Below, piece by piece: positions 29,669-40,467 of a DNA stretch of 58,879 nt. The stretch is from positions 1-58,879 of the forward strand of contig JBAXSG010000004.1 in NCBI GenBank assembly GCA_037130865.1, given 5' to 3'. Below the pieces are notes generated by a model, which saw only the letters and a list, made by a program, of their open reading frames with translations, searched no databases and was not told where the DNA came from. The stretch comes from Candidatus Tayloriibacteriota bacterium (GTDB lineage: Bacteria; Patescibacteriota; Minisyncoccia; Phycocordibacterales; PALSA-1337). The position numbers and the translations under genes are program-made. Numbering within the stretch: the first letter of the stretch is position 1; every line of letters begins with the position of its first letter.

Positions 29669-30166
29669 TTATTGTGTTAGAATTTTCGGCGCCAACCATC
29701 GACCCACACATCCCGCGAAGGCAATGATTATGTCAATTATCAGCGAGTACGGATTTATTTTTCGCAATACCTCCGCAACATCAAGCGCCATTTCTTTGAT
29801 GTATTTTTTCCGCTGGTCGTGGGATCTGAGCCGGTATTCTGTGGCCACATACATGCCGTGTGCTATAGCTATACCGACCACAATCAAGGCGATAATGCCA
29901 GCTACGATGTACAGTAGGACTGACACTACAGGGAGTGTATCCCATAGCCAGAGACCGATGCCAAAGCTTAAGAGACTAATTGTCAGCCAGGTCCCAAAGA
30001 ATGCCAGACTTTCCACAAGGAAGAGCGTCCACCACGGCCAAGCATACTTTGGTACCGGCCCTCGGTCTTCAGCTCTGACTTCCAACACTGTTGGCCAGTC
30101 GTCATTTCCATCTGGGTTATGACCACCAGCGAACTGCATAGATTGCATAGACTGCTTATTTTCCAT
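29669..30166 (-). CDS. Hypothetical membrane protein
   Basis: 2-3 TMs. Hairpin at ~29620-29650 downstream. Confidence 0.65.
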   Translation of the reverse strand: MENKQSMQSMQFAGGHNPDGNDDWPTVLEVRAEDRGPVPKYAWPWWTLFLVESLAFFGTWLTISLLSFGIGLWLWDTLPVVSVLLYIVAGIIALIVVGIAIAHGMYVATEYRLRSHDQRKKYIKEMALDVAEVLRKINPYSLIIDIIIAFAGCVGRWLAPKILTQ

Positions 30167-30224
30167 CTGTCTTCCAGCCTTTCTCCACGTTTTGGGTTAG
30201 ATTTTTTGTGCTTTTACTAGCTAG

Positions 30225-32438
<2,214 letters not shown>

Positions 32439-32463
32439 GCGGATTTTTATATTCACTTATTAC

Positions 32464-32565
32464 CTACTTATATTTCTTCGCGACCAAGACCACTAAGAAT
32501 ATAGCAATAACTAACAGTGTGCCTAATATATAGAAGTTGATCATATTGTTATTTATATTACTCAT
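32464..32565 (-). CDS. Small single-TM protein (33 aa)
   Basis: MSNINNNMINFYILGTLLVIAIFLVVLVAKKYK, 9 nt downstream of the 62-aa ORF. Confidence 0.5.
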   Translation of the reverse strand: MSNINNNMINFYILGTLLVIAIFLVVLVAKKYK

Positions 32566-32574
32566 CCAATTATA

Positions 32575-32763
32575 TTAATTATTTGATAAATAGACACTTC
32601 CTGTCCAACATAATACGCACAGAATAACTCCGATTATGATTGTAGTCAAACTCGTACCCCGTCCTACAATTGGCTCTACAAGTATTGATGCTAGAAAAAC
32701 TTGACCAGCATTATTCAAAATGTCGCATATAGAAGCCAATCTACTATGACTAAGTGTATACAT
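32575..32763 (-). CDS. Small two-TM hypothetical protein
   Basis: 62-aa hydrophobic ORF in an AT-rich islet. Confidence 0.6.
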   Translation of the reverse strand: MYTLSHSRLASICDILNNAGQVFLASILVEPIVGRGTSLTTIIIGVILCVLCWTGSVYLSNN

Positions 32764-32879
32764 GATTTATGACTGATTATTTATAATTCAGTCATAATAA
32801 ACCACCGAGATAAAATTCTGATGAAAAAGTTCTCAAATTTCGATAAAGAAAAGTTCAAGAACTCCTCAAATTACATCTA

Positions 32880-33368
32880 TTATATCGTCTTCACCTTCAA
32901 CCTTGATTGTTTCTTCTTGTCTAGTTTTGGCAATTTCAATATGAGTAGGCCGTGCTTTTCAACAGCTTCTGCGCTGTCTACATCGATCTCTTCTGGTAGG
33001 GAAATCGTGCGAGAGAAAGAACCCCAGTATAGTTCACGTGCGAAGTAGTCTGCCTCATTTATGACGCGTTCTTCCTCACGCTTGCCGCGGATAGTGATCA
33101 TATCGCGAGTTATAGAGACATCGAGATCTTCTGGTCTTACTCCAGCAATCATACTCTTCACCACAATCATCTCTGGGGTTTGATAGACATCGACTGTGAG
33201 CTCACCGTCTTTATCTGAATCTTCATCGATCCACGAAGTTATATCAGCATTGTCGCCACGTGGTGCAATTTTCTTATGATGTTTTTCTTCCGAAGCTGCC
33301 TTGTCGTCAGCATTCATACGTACAGTTCCAGTCAGACGCTCGAAGAATGATTTTTTCTCTTTTGACAT
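32880..33368 (-). CDS. Hsp20/alpha-crystallin small heat shock protein
   Basis: VDVYQT...IAGV..EDLDVSI, ELYWGSFSRTISLP and GLLILKLPK. Confidence 0.92.
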   Translation of the reverse strand: MSKEKKSFFERLTGTVRMNADDKAASEEKHHKKIAPRGDNADITSWIDEDSDKDGELTVDVYQTPEMIVVKSMIAGVRPEDLDVSITRDMITIRGKREEERVINEADYFARELYWGSFSRTISLPEEIDVDSAEAVEKHGLLILKLPKLDKKKQSRLKVKTI

Positions 33369-33394
33369 AGTGTAATTATATACTTTATGGAATT

Positions 33395-34201
33395 TTATGG
33401 CCAATCTCTATAACATGTAGCGAGACCATTTGTGTATCTCTGCTCTCTCATACCATATCCATAAGTCCAATATGTACTTCTAGATGCACATGAAGTCAAT
33501 CCACAACCATTACCATCACAACCCCATTGTGAGTCCACATAGTTTGTACCACAGTTTCCATTTCCTTCACCATATCCAAGATCGCTCCCAAGCCCTGTTG
33601 GGCTATTCTTCATAAAACATTTACAGTAAGAAGAGGCTGCTGATATATAAGAAACCGTACTTCCGCCAGGTATAAGTGTTTCGTTAGGTGCACAGATAGG
33701 ACTTGTTGGTGTTTGCCAGGTAGCGTTACCTGTTGCATCAGAAGTAAGGACCTTGCCTGTACCAGGTGTGCCAGCACCACTGAATCTGACTGTACCATTG
33801 ACATCTAATTTTGCTGAAGGGGTAGCGTTTCCGATACCGACATTACCCAAAGTTGAGACAAACAAATCATAAGTATTTCCCGCCCTAGCTTTGATTGTTA
33901 TTCCTTTGCCACCAGCTTCTGAAGTGAGAACAGCTGTAGGTGTGGGACCAGAACCTCCTCCGCGTATAGAGACATCTCCATTTACATCCAATGCAGACCA
34001 GTTTATCGGATTTATTCCTATACCCAAACTACCCATCTTCCATTGTGGTGACGATCCTACATTTATCGGAGCAGCAACATTATTGCTTGGCGGTGTAGCT
34101 GTAGGGGCTATCCAACTGGATGATTGAGCTAAAACAGAGAGAGCTGAAGCTCCGAGTAGAGCGCCTATGACTACCGCTGTGAATGTTAGAGATTTTTTCA
34201 T
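33395..34201 (-). CDS. Secreted surface protein with GNVGIG fibre-like repeats and a Cys-rich C-terminus
   Basis: Signal peptide, WIAPTATPPSNNVAAPINVG, GNVGIG..P.AKLDVNG, GKVLTSDATG.ATW and 8 Cys in the C-terminal domain. Confidence 0.75.
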   Translation of the reverse strand: MKKSLTFTAVVIGALLGASALSVLAQSSSWIAPTATPPSNNVAAPINVGSSPQWKMGSLGIGINPINWSALDVNGDVSIRGGGSGPTPTAVLTSEAGGKGITIKARAGNTYDLFVSTLGNVGIGNATPSAKLDVNGTVRFSGAGTPGTGKVLTSDATGNATWQTPTSPICAPNETLIPGGSTVSYISAASSYCKCFMKNSPTGLGSDLGYGEGNGNCGTNYVDSQWGCDGNGCGLTSCASRSTYWTYGYGMREQRYTNGLATCYRDWP

Positions 34202-34250
34202 ATGTTTTTTAAAGCTTATAATTTATGACGAGTTACTATCGATAATTATA

Positions 34251-34934
34251 CTATACCTCTCTTGGCCTGACTAGCTTGATCTCTTCGAACAAGACTATCA
34301 TTATGACGACCGCTCCCCAGATCCAAGTAAAAGCCCTCAGTGTGTCCATGGAACTGCCTCCTATCACAAATATATTGAATAATGAGTGCAATGCTATCCC
34401 CGCAGCTAGACCAAAACCCAAGCCTATAACCTTCAGGAATTTATTTTTATAGAAAAGATATCCATAAGCAAATCCAATACAAGCTGTACTGACCGTATGT
34501 ACCAAAGTGGCGCCGATAGCTCGCAGATTTCCGGTTATAAGTGCCGCGACGACATTTCCATTTGCAAAAGGACCCATAACAAAGAGAATGTTTTCCATAG
34601 CAGCAAATCCGAGAGCAATGGTTATGCAGTACATCATTGCGTCTATCGGTTCATTATTGGTTTTTATATTAAGTGCGATAATTATAAAGACTAGGAATTT
34701 CAATACCTCTTCGACTGCGGCAAAAAGTATGTATTTGGTATGTAAATCATATCCCATTGAGAGGATTAGCTTTTCTACAGAAAAAGAAAATAAGACTGCT
34801 ATAGCACCGCCTAAAAATAGGGAGGCAATCAGTGATTTTGGTTCTGGATTTGAATCCTCTCTCAACCAAAAAGCTAGCCATATAAGCGGAGGAATAAGAC
34901 CGGTCAATATGGCATATAGAAAATTTGGATTCAT
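34251..34934 (-). CDS. prsW: PrsW family intramembrane metalloprotease
   Basis: AAVEEVLK, LGFAAMEN, VH...T and LHSLFN. Confidence 0.9.
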   Translation of the reverse strand: MNPNFLYAILTGLIPPLIWLAFWLREDSNPEPKSLIASLFLGGAIAVLFSFSVEKLILSMGYDLHTKYILFAAVEEVLKFLVFIIIALNIKTNNEPIDAMMYCITIALGFAAMENILFVMGPFANGNVVAALITGNLRAIGATLVHTVSTACIGFAYGYLFYKNKFLKVIGLGFGLAAGIALHSLFNIFVIGGSSMDTLRAFTWIWGAVVIMIVLFEEIKLVRPREV

Positions 34935-34977
34935 ATTTCTCTTGGTGAGCGTACAAGAGAATTATAGCAGATTTTAT

Positions 34978-36198
34978 TTAGTAGAGCTTCTTTGTACCGT
35001 CGGCTTTAGGTGTATTGGTTAGGTTGTTGGCCTCGATTTTAGTATTTTCTGTTTTATCTATCGCCGCGACAAGGGCAATCATCAGGGCATTGTCTCCAGA
35101 TATATGATGATCTGGTAGAAAAATCGGTATATCGTATTCTTTTGCAGTAGTACTGAATCTTTCGCGTAGTAGTCGATTTGCGCTGACACCACCACCGATG
35201 ATGATTGCTTTTGCATCTTGTTCGTCTATAGCGCGGCGTAGCTTACTATCAAGAACATCGGCGACAGAATCTTCGAATTCACGTGCCAAACCGGCTTTGA
35301 AATCTTCCGGCGTCATATCTCTCGGAGTTTTTTTTAATGAATACAGTACAGCGGTCTTCAGTCCAGAAAATGAGAAATCGCAATCGCCACTTTTCAGCAT
35401 TGGTCTAGGAAGTTTTATTGGTGAGATTATGTTTTTTTCGCGAGCTTCATGAGCTAGTTTGGAAATATGTGGACCACCTGGATAAGGTAGTCCTAGTAGA
35501 CGAGCGACTTTGTCGAATGCTTCACCGACAGCATCATCTTTTGTTTGGCCGATAATGGTGTATTTTGCGCTTTCTATCTTCACCAACTCTGTATGCCCAC
35601 CACTTATGAGAAGTGCAAGTGCAGGCAAAGGTAATTCCTTCAATTTTTGCCAAGTTCCATAAGGCTTATCAGATTGTAGGAGTGATCCGACGATGTGTCC
35701 CTCCATGTGATTCACTGCTTTTACTGGTATATTCCAGAGCTTTGAAAGTATAAGTGCGAAGTTGATACCAACCCAGAGAGCCGGTTCCAATCCTGGACCT
35801 TCAGTGACGGCTATACAGTCTATATTCGGAATATTCTTCAAGAAACCAGCTTGGTTGTGAGAATCTGCATTCTTGATCGACTCCAACAAATCGGCATTTT
35901 TTTCTGCGAGAAGATTTGTCAGTGCAGTCATTTTCGCGCCAAACTCTTCATCGGATAATGTCTTCGATGCTTTTATGGCTGCTGACCTATCACTTTCCAA
36001 AAGTTTTTTTAATAGCGGCACCAGGTTTTTACTATGCTCTCTTTTTGCTAGAGCAGGGAAGACTCCACCGAAAGCGCTATGTAATTCCGCTTGAGAATGT
36101 ACCAGCGAATCTATGACACGGTATTCTCCTTTCTCTCGTGTTTCAATAAGAGCCAGCGCTGTTTCGTCGCAGGATGTTTCTATGCCGAGGATTATCAT
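34978..36198 (-). CDS. tsaD: tRNA threonylcarbamoyltransferase TsaD
   Basis: ILGIETSCDET, GPGL, NHMEGH, LISGGHT, DDAVGEAFDKVAR and DNALMIA. Confidence 0.96.
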   Translation of the reverse strand: MIILGIETSCDETALALIETREKGEYRVIDSLVHSQAELHSAFGGVFPALAKREHSKNLVPLLKKLLESDRSAAIKASKTLSDEEFGAKMTALTNLLAEKNADLLESIKNADSHNQAGFLKNIPNIDCIAVTEGPGLEPALWVGINFALILSKLWNIPVKAVNHMEGHIVGSLLQSDKPYGTWQKLKELPLPALALLISGGHTELVKIESAKYTIIGQTKDDAVGEAFDKVARLLGLPYPGGPHISKLAHEAREKNIISPIKLPRPMLKSGDCDFSFSGLKTAVLYSLKKTPRDMTPEDFKAGLAREFEDSVADVLDSKLRRAIDEQDAKAIIIGGGVSANRLLRERFSTTAKEYDIPIFLPDHHISGDNALMIALVAAIDKTENTKIEANNLTNTPKADGTKKLY

Positions 36199-36224
36199 GG
36201 TTTAGTTTTCTAGCTTAATATCTG

Positions 36225-36297
36225 TGCGCGATACAGGATTCGAACCTGTGACCCTCCCCACGTCAAGGGGATGCTCTACCAACTGAGCTAACCGCGC
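36225..36297 (-). tRNA. tRNA-Val(GAC)
   Basis: Reverse-complement cloverleaf, loop TTGACGT, GGTTCGAATCC. Confidence 0.95.
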
Positions 36298-36378
36298 GCT
36301 TGGGTGAACCTTATATTCTTACCGGCTTAAATATATCAGAAAATAGAAAAAATGCTATCATATCCATATCTACAATTT

Positions 36379-37071
36379 ATGTCAGCAGTAAATGAGAAAA
36401 CCAATGTGAAAATAGAACCCTCGTGGAAAACCGCCTTGGCCGGCGAATTTATGAAGCCGTACTTCGTTGAATTGACGGAGTTTGTGAAGGAAGAGTACAA
36501 ACAGACGACGGTTTATCCACCACCTGAGGATATTTTCAGAGCCTTCGATCTTTGTCCATTTGATAATGTGAAGGTCGTAATCCTCGGTCAAGATCCGTAT
36601 CATGGAGTAAATCAGGCAAATGGACTTTGCTTTGCTGTGCACGAAGGAATGAAGCTGCCACCATCACTACAAAATATCTTCAAAGAGATCAAAGCTGATC
36701 TAGGAATAAATCCAATAGCCGTAGCCGACGGCGATCTTTCGCGCTGGGCTAAGCAAGGAGTTTTACTACTAAATGCAACTCTAACAGTGCGCGCTGGTCA
36801 ACCAGGTTCGCATCAGGGTAATGGCTGGGAAGAATTCACTGACACAGTCGTGCGCGAGTTGTCGGAGAAAAAAGAGCATATAGTTTTTATCTTGTGGGGA
36901 AATTATGCGAAAAATAAAGGCGCGGCCATAGATCGCTCCAAACATCTCGTCTTAGAAGCGGCTCACCCGTCGCCATTTTCAGCTTACAACGGATTCTTCG
37001 GTTGCAAACATTTCAGCAAGGCGAATAAGTATCTCAAAGAGAATGGACTAGGTGAGATAGATTGGGGGTAG
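36379..37071 (+). CDS. ung: Uracil-DNA glycosylase (family 1)
   Basis: VVILGQDPYH, PPSL.NI, GVLLLN and AHPSP. Confidence 0.97.
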   Translation: MSAVNEKTNVKIEPSWKTALAGEFMKPYFVELTEFVKEEYKQTTVYPPPEDIFRAFDLCPFDNVKVVILGQDPYHGVNQANGLCFAVHEGMKLPPSLQNIFKEIKADLGINPIAVADGDLSRWAKQGVLLLNATLTVRAGQPGSHQGNGWEEFTDTVVRELSEKKEHIVFILWGNYAKNKGAAIDRSKHLVLEAAHPSPFSAYNGFFGCKHFSKANKYLKENGLGEIDWG

Positions 37072-37078
37072 ATTTTCT

Positions 37079-37168
<90 letters not shown>

Positions 37169-37260
37169 AGGAAGCTACAGTATTTTTTGGGCTGTTTTAC
37201 ATTATCAAAAAAAGTGATATATTGCTACTGGCCTTTATTGGCTACGCCGTGCGCACGCAT

Positions 37261-37332
37261 GGCCCTATCGTCTAACGGTTAGGACAGCGGGTTTTCAATC
37301 CGCTAATCGGGGTTCGATTCCCCGTAGGGCTA
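37261..37332 (+). tRNA. tRNA-Glu(TTC)
   Basis: GGCCCTA/TAGGGCT acceptor, loop TTTTCAA, GGTTCGATTCC. Confidence 0.92.
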
Positions 37333-37338
37333 CTGAAA

Positions 37339-37357
37339 CTTGCCGCTTCCGGCAAAT
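37339..37357 (+). repeat. 19-bp hairpin direct repeat, left border of the NYN islet
   Basis: CTTGCCGCTTCCGGCAAAT vs CTTGCCGCCACCGGCAAAT at 38475-38493 (17/19 identical). Confidence 0.7.
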
Positions 37358-37369
37358 AATCACCTCATA

Positions 37370-37397
37370 GAAAAACCGCTCAGTTGAGCGGTTTTTC
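37370..37397. terminator. Bidirectional intrinsic terminator
   Basis: GAAAAACCGCTCA / TGAGCGGTTTTTC inverted repeat. Confidence 0.8.
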
Positions 37398-37424
37398 TTT
37401 TGTCTAGCATTAGACAATATGCTG

Positions 37425-37607
37425 TCAAGACGTCAACCCCTTGAGGGGAGTCGAACTTTCAAAATCTACCCCCTTGCTTTTTTCAAGTTCTCTTCGTTCA
37501 TAGATGCGAAGTACGAGCACAAGATAGCGCTCAATGTTATCTTCTGCTTCCTGGAGCTGCTCCTCGGTGTAGTCTGGATACAAGTCGCGGATTGTTGGTT
37601 CATCCAT
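37425..37607 (-). CDS. Small helical hypothetical protein
   Basis: MDEPTIRDLYPDYTEEQLQEAEDNIERYLVLVLRIYER, within a tRNA-adjacent islet. Confidence 0.6.
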   Translation of the reverse strand: MDEPTIRDLYPDYTEEQLQEAEDNIERYLVLVLRIYERRELEKSKGVDFESSTPLKGLTS

Positions 37608-37707
37608 AGTAATTAGATGTTGGCTGATAAAATCGACCAATTGGAATCATACGGGTAAGATCCACGCTAGTTTTTTCGTTTTCAAATCTTTGATATAATC
37701 GGCAGCG

Positions 37708-38397
37708 ATGGATATTCAAGATTTCAAAAGAGAATATATTGTCGGTACCGAACTTGGTATTGACGCAACCTTCGGTAAAATTCTGACGGTTATTGATTTT
37801 GGTAATGTGAACTATTGGTTCGATGAAGATAGACAAGATGCTGAAAACAAAGCCCTGCAAGAAGATGAAAAGCTACGCATAAAATTGGATGGTCTGTACG
37901 ATTTCGTATCGCTCTTTTCAGATCATATTCGTTTTTATTATGGTCACGATTCAGAGAAGAAAGAGTCGCTGGCTTTCATTTCTGCGGCTAGGCACGTTTT
38001 CGGTAAGAGGGTTTACACCAAGCCAATGCAAAAGGTGCGTCACCATCTTTCTGCTGATGAAATCGAATCGAACAAACGTGCCACATTTACGGATAACGAG
38101 GGTGTATACATTCACCTCCCAAAATGCAATTTTGATGTTGAGATAAGCGTCGATCTGATCCGTCTCATGGATCGTTATGACACTGTGGCTTTGTTTTCTG
38201 GAGATGCAGATTTCGTCAGCCTCATTCGTTACCTCAAGAAGAATAGTAAGAAGGTTATTTTGTTCAAGGCTGGTTTCATTACAACCGACTTAAAAGAAGT
38301 ATCAGATAAGATTATCAATGCTCAGAACATCAAGAGGCATATCGCCGAGGTGGTAAAGCAAAAACCTGGCGTTAAGCCAGGTCTTGCGAATCGATAA
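37708..38397 (+). CDS. NYN domain (PIN-like) ribonuclease
   Basis: IDFGN, KCNFDVEISVD and LFSGDADF acidic catalytic motifs. Confidence 0.9.
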   Translation: MDIQDFKREYIVGTELGIDATFGKILTVIDFGNVNYWFDEDRQDAENKALQEDEKLRIKLDGLYDFVSLFSDHIRFYYGHDSEKKESLAFISAARHVFGKRVYTKPMQKVRHHLSADEIESNKRATFTDNEGVYIHLPKCNFDVEISVDLIRLMDRYDTVALFSGDADFVSLIRYLKKNSKKVILFKAGFITTDLKEVSDKIINAQNIKRHIAEVVKQKPGVKPGLANR

Positions 38398-38451
38398 CCC
38401 GTATCCACGGGCAGGTAGTTACAATATAGCAGATTGTGGATTGGCGGGCAA
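38355..38451 (-). ncRNA. Convergent promoter plus predicted ~60-nt antisense RNA overlapping the NYN 3' end
   Basis: Minus strand: TTGCCC-17-TATATT with extended TG, a GCCCGT/ACGGGT hairpin, then a GACCTGGC/GCCAGGTT stem with a U-tract. Confidence 0.5.
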
Positions 38452-38474
38452 TAGTTGCTGTAATGGTTCAATAG

Positions 38475-38493
38475 CTTGCCGCCACCGGCAAAT
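38475..38493 (+). repeat. 19-bp hairpin direct repeat, right border of the NYN islet
   Basis: Matches 37339-37357. Confidence 0.7.
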
Positions 38494-38686
38494 TTAGCCC
38501 TCTAGTTTTGCTTAACCACTAAGCTACCATCACCACGATGCTTCAATCCGGCCAGTAGACTCAAATCAGGCAACAAGCCCTGGCTATTTAAGGCTGAAAG
38601 CTTGTCGATAATTTGATTCCAAGTTCGAGGTATGTCATGATGTTGGCTACTTGGGAAGTGATGCTGTCGGGCATCTAGAGGAAAGT

Positions 38687-39259
38687 ATGATAAATAGAAA
38701 GAAAGCCGCTTATATAGCGGTTGCGTGTGTATTGGTGCTTGTGTGTGTGACAGCGTTCTGGTCCGGTAAGATATTTGGCAGTGATCTGAAGTTCGATACT
38801 AGTCGATATTATCCAGTGGATTTTGTTGTGGATGGTGATACATTTAAAGTAAATGTCGGCGCAAGCGACCGTGCGATTGCCGACAAGGAAATTATCACCG
38901 TGCGCGTGCTTGGAATAAATACTCCGGAGATTGTTGATCCACGAAAGCCGGTAGAATGTTATGGTCCGGAGGCTTCAATAGAAGCAAAAGAACTTCTAAA
39001 TGGTCGCAAAGTAAAACTGGTTTTCAATCCAAATAGGGAATTGAAAGATAAATATGGCCGCTACTTGGCTTATGTCTATCGCGATGACGGTTTGTTTTAC
39101 AATGAGGTTATGCTAAAAGGTGGCTATGCCAAAGAATATACTTACGGCACGGCATATTCCATGCAGAAAGAATTTCGCGGCATAGAGGCAGTCGCGCAAA
39201 AAGCAAAAGTGGGCTTATGGAGTGCATGTTCTAAAACGAACACCAAACGCTCGAACTAA
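38687..39259 (+). CDS. Thermonuclease (SNase-like), membrane-anchored
   Basis: VVDGDT, VRVLGINTPE, DKYGRYLAYV and N..ML..GYA. Confidence 0.93.
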   Translation: MINRKKAAYIAVACVLVLVCVTAFWSGKIFGSDLKFDTSRYYPVDFVVDGDTFKVNVGASDRAIADKEIITVRVLGINTPEIVDPRKPVECYGPEASIEAKELLNGRKVKLVFNPNRELKDKYGRYLAYVYRDDGLFYNEVMLKGGYAKEYTYGTAYSMQKEFRGIEAVAQKAKVGLWSACSKTNTKRSN

Positions 39260-40206
39260 GTACGTAAGTAGAGATAAATATCCTCAATAGCTTTGACGGC
39301 GTCGCCGGCGGCGATATTATTCTGATGGTAAAGTCCATCTGTGCAATCTCCAGCAGTCCAGATACCATCTACTGTTGTACGCTGATTTCGTGGATCGGTT
39401 ATGACATGGTTTGACTCGTTTAATTTTACGGTGGCATTTTTTGCAAAATCTGTGTTCGGAATAGCACCAATCTCGACGAATATTCCAGTCACTGGAATCG
39501 TGATGTCTTTTTTGCTTGTCGCGTCTGTGTATGTAAATGAAGTGACGAACTTATCTCCAGCGACTTCCTTTGGTACAGCATTGACGATGACTTTCATCTT
39601 CGGATTTTTACTCACAGCTTCGACTGTTCCTGGATCGGCTTTGAAAGTTGTGCCTCTGTAAAGGAGTGTCACACTCTTACAATACGCGAGTAGTTGCGCA
39701 GCACTTTCGAAGGCGGCATTACCTCCACCAATAACGGCGACATCTTGGTCGGAGTACATCGGTCCATCGCAAGTGGCACAGTAGGTGAGGCCTTTGTGTT
39801 CAAATTCTTTTGCGCCTTTTACGTCGAGTTTGCGTCTGCTACTGCCGCTGGCTATAAGCACGGCATTTGCGTTGTAAGAGTCTTTGTCTGTTCTTATTGA
39901 AAATGAACCGCCGGCGCCACTTGGTCGACCAATCTCTATGCAGGATTCACCATCTTTGAAAGTTAGAATCTCTTCGCCACTCACCTGGTCTTTTGCATAA
40001 GTCTTGGCATGTATTTCTAGGTTTTTCGATAGTTCGACTCCAGAAATAGCTGGAGTACCAACCCAATTCTCGATCTTCTCCGAAACCGAGCTCTGACCGA
40101 TCCAATCTTTTGCAATAACCACCGTGCGTAGGCGCTTACGTGCTGCATAAACAGCTGCAGCTGCTCCAGCTGGTCCGCCACCAATGATAGCTAGGTCGTA
40201 AGTCAT
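39256..40206 (-). CDS. trxB: Thioredoxin-disulfide reductase
   Basis: IIGGGPAG, YCATCDG, VIGGGNAA and AGD. Confidence 0.9.
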   Translation of the reverse strand: MTYDLAIIGGGPAGAAAAVYAARKRLRTVVIAKDWIGQSSVSEKIENWVGTPAISGVELSKNLEIHAKTYAKDQVSGEEILTFKDGESCIEIGRPSGAGGSFSIRTDKDSYNANAVLIASGSSRRKLDVKGAKEFEHKGLTYCATCDGPMYSDQDVAVIGGGNAAFESAAQLLAYCKSVTLLYRGTTFKADPGTVEAVSKNPKMKVIVNAVPKEVAGDKFVTSFTYTDATSKKDITIPVTGIFVEIGAIPNTDFAKNATVKLNESNHVITDPRNQRTTVDGIWTAGDCTDGLYHQNNIAAGDAVKAIEDIYLYLRT

Positions 40207-40304
40207 GATGATTGATTTTAGCATAAGATTTCGGATTGGCCAAAATCCTTAAGCTTTTTAAACAATCTTTAAGGTGTGGTCGAGATATGCTTATACTAAA
40301 GGGG

Positions 40305-40378
40305 ACACATACCTCCTAAGCACTTTTTAAAAGTGACAACTTTTCCGTCACTTTTAAAAACACATAAAAAGTATGTGT
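40305..40378 (-). repeat. Dispersed hairpin element, copy C (core only)
   Basis: ACACATAC...AAAAGTGAC-GGAAAAGTT-GTCACTTTT...GTATGTGT. Confidence 0.92.
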
Positions 40379-40467
40379 ACCCCCCTCATCTATTCATCAG
40401 GAAAATCTTAAGACATCATAAACAAAAAGCGCCTCACGGCGCATTTGTTTTCCTATTCAGTTGTTAC

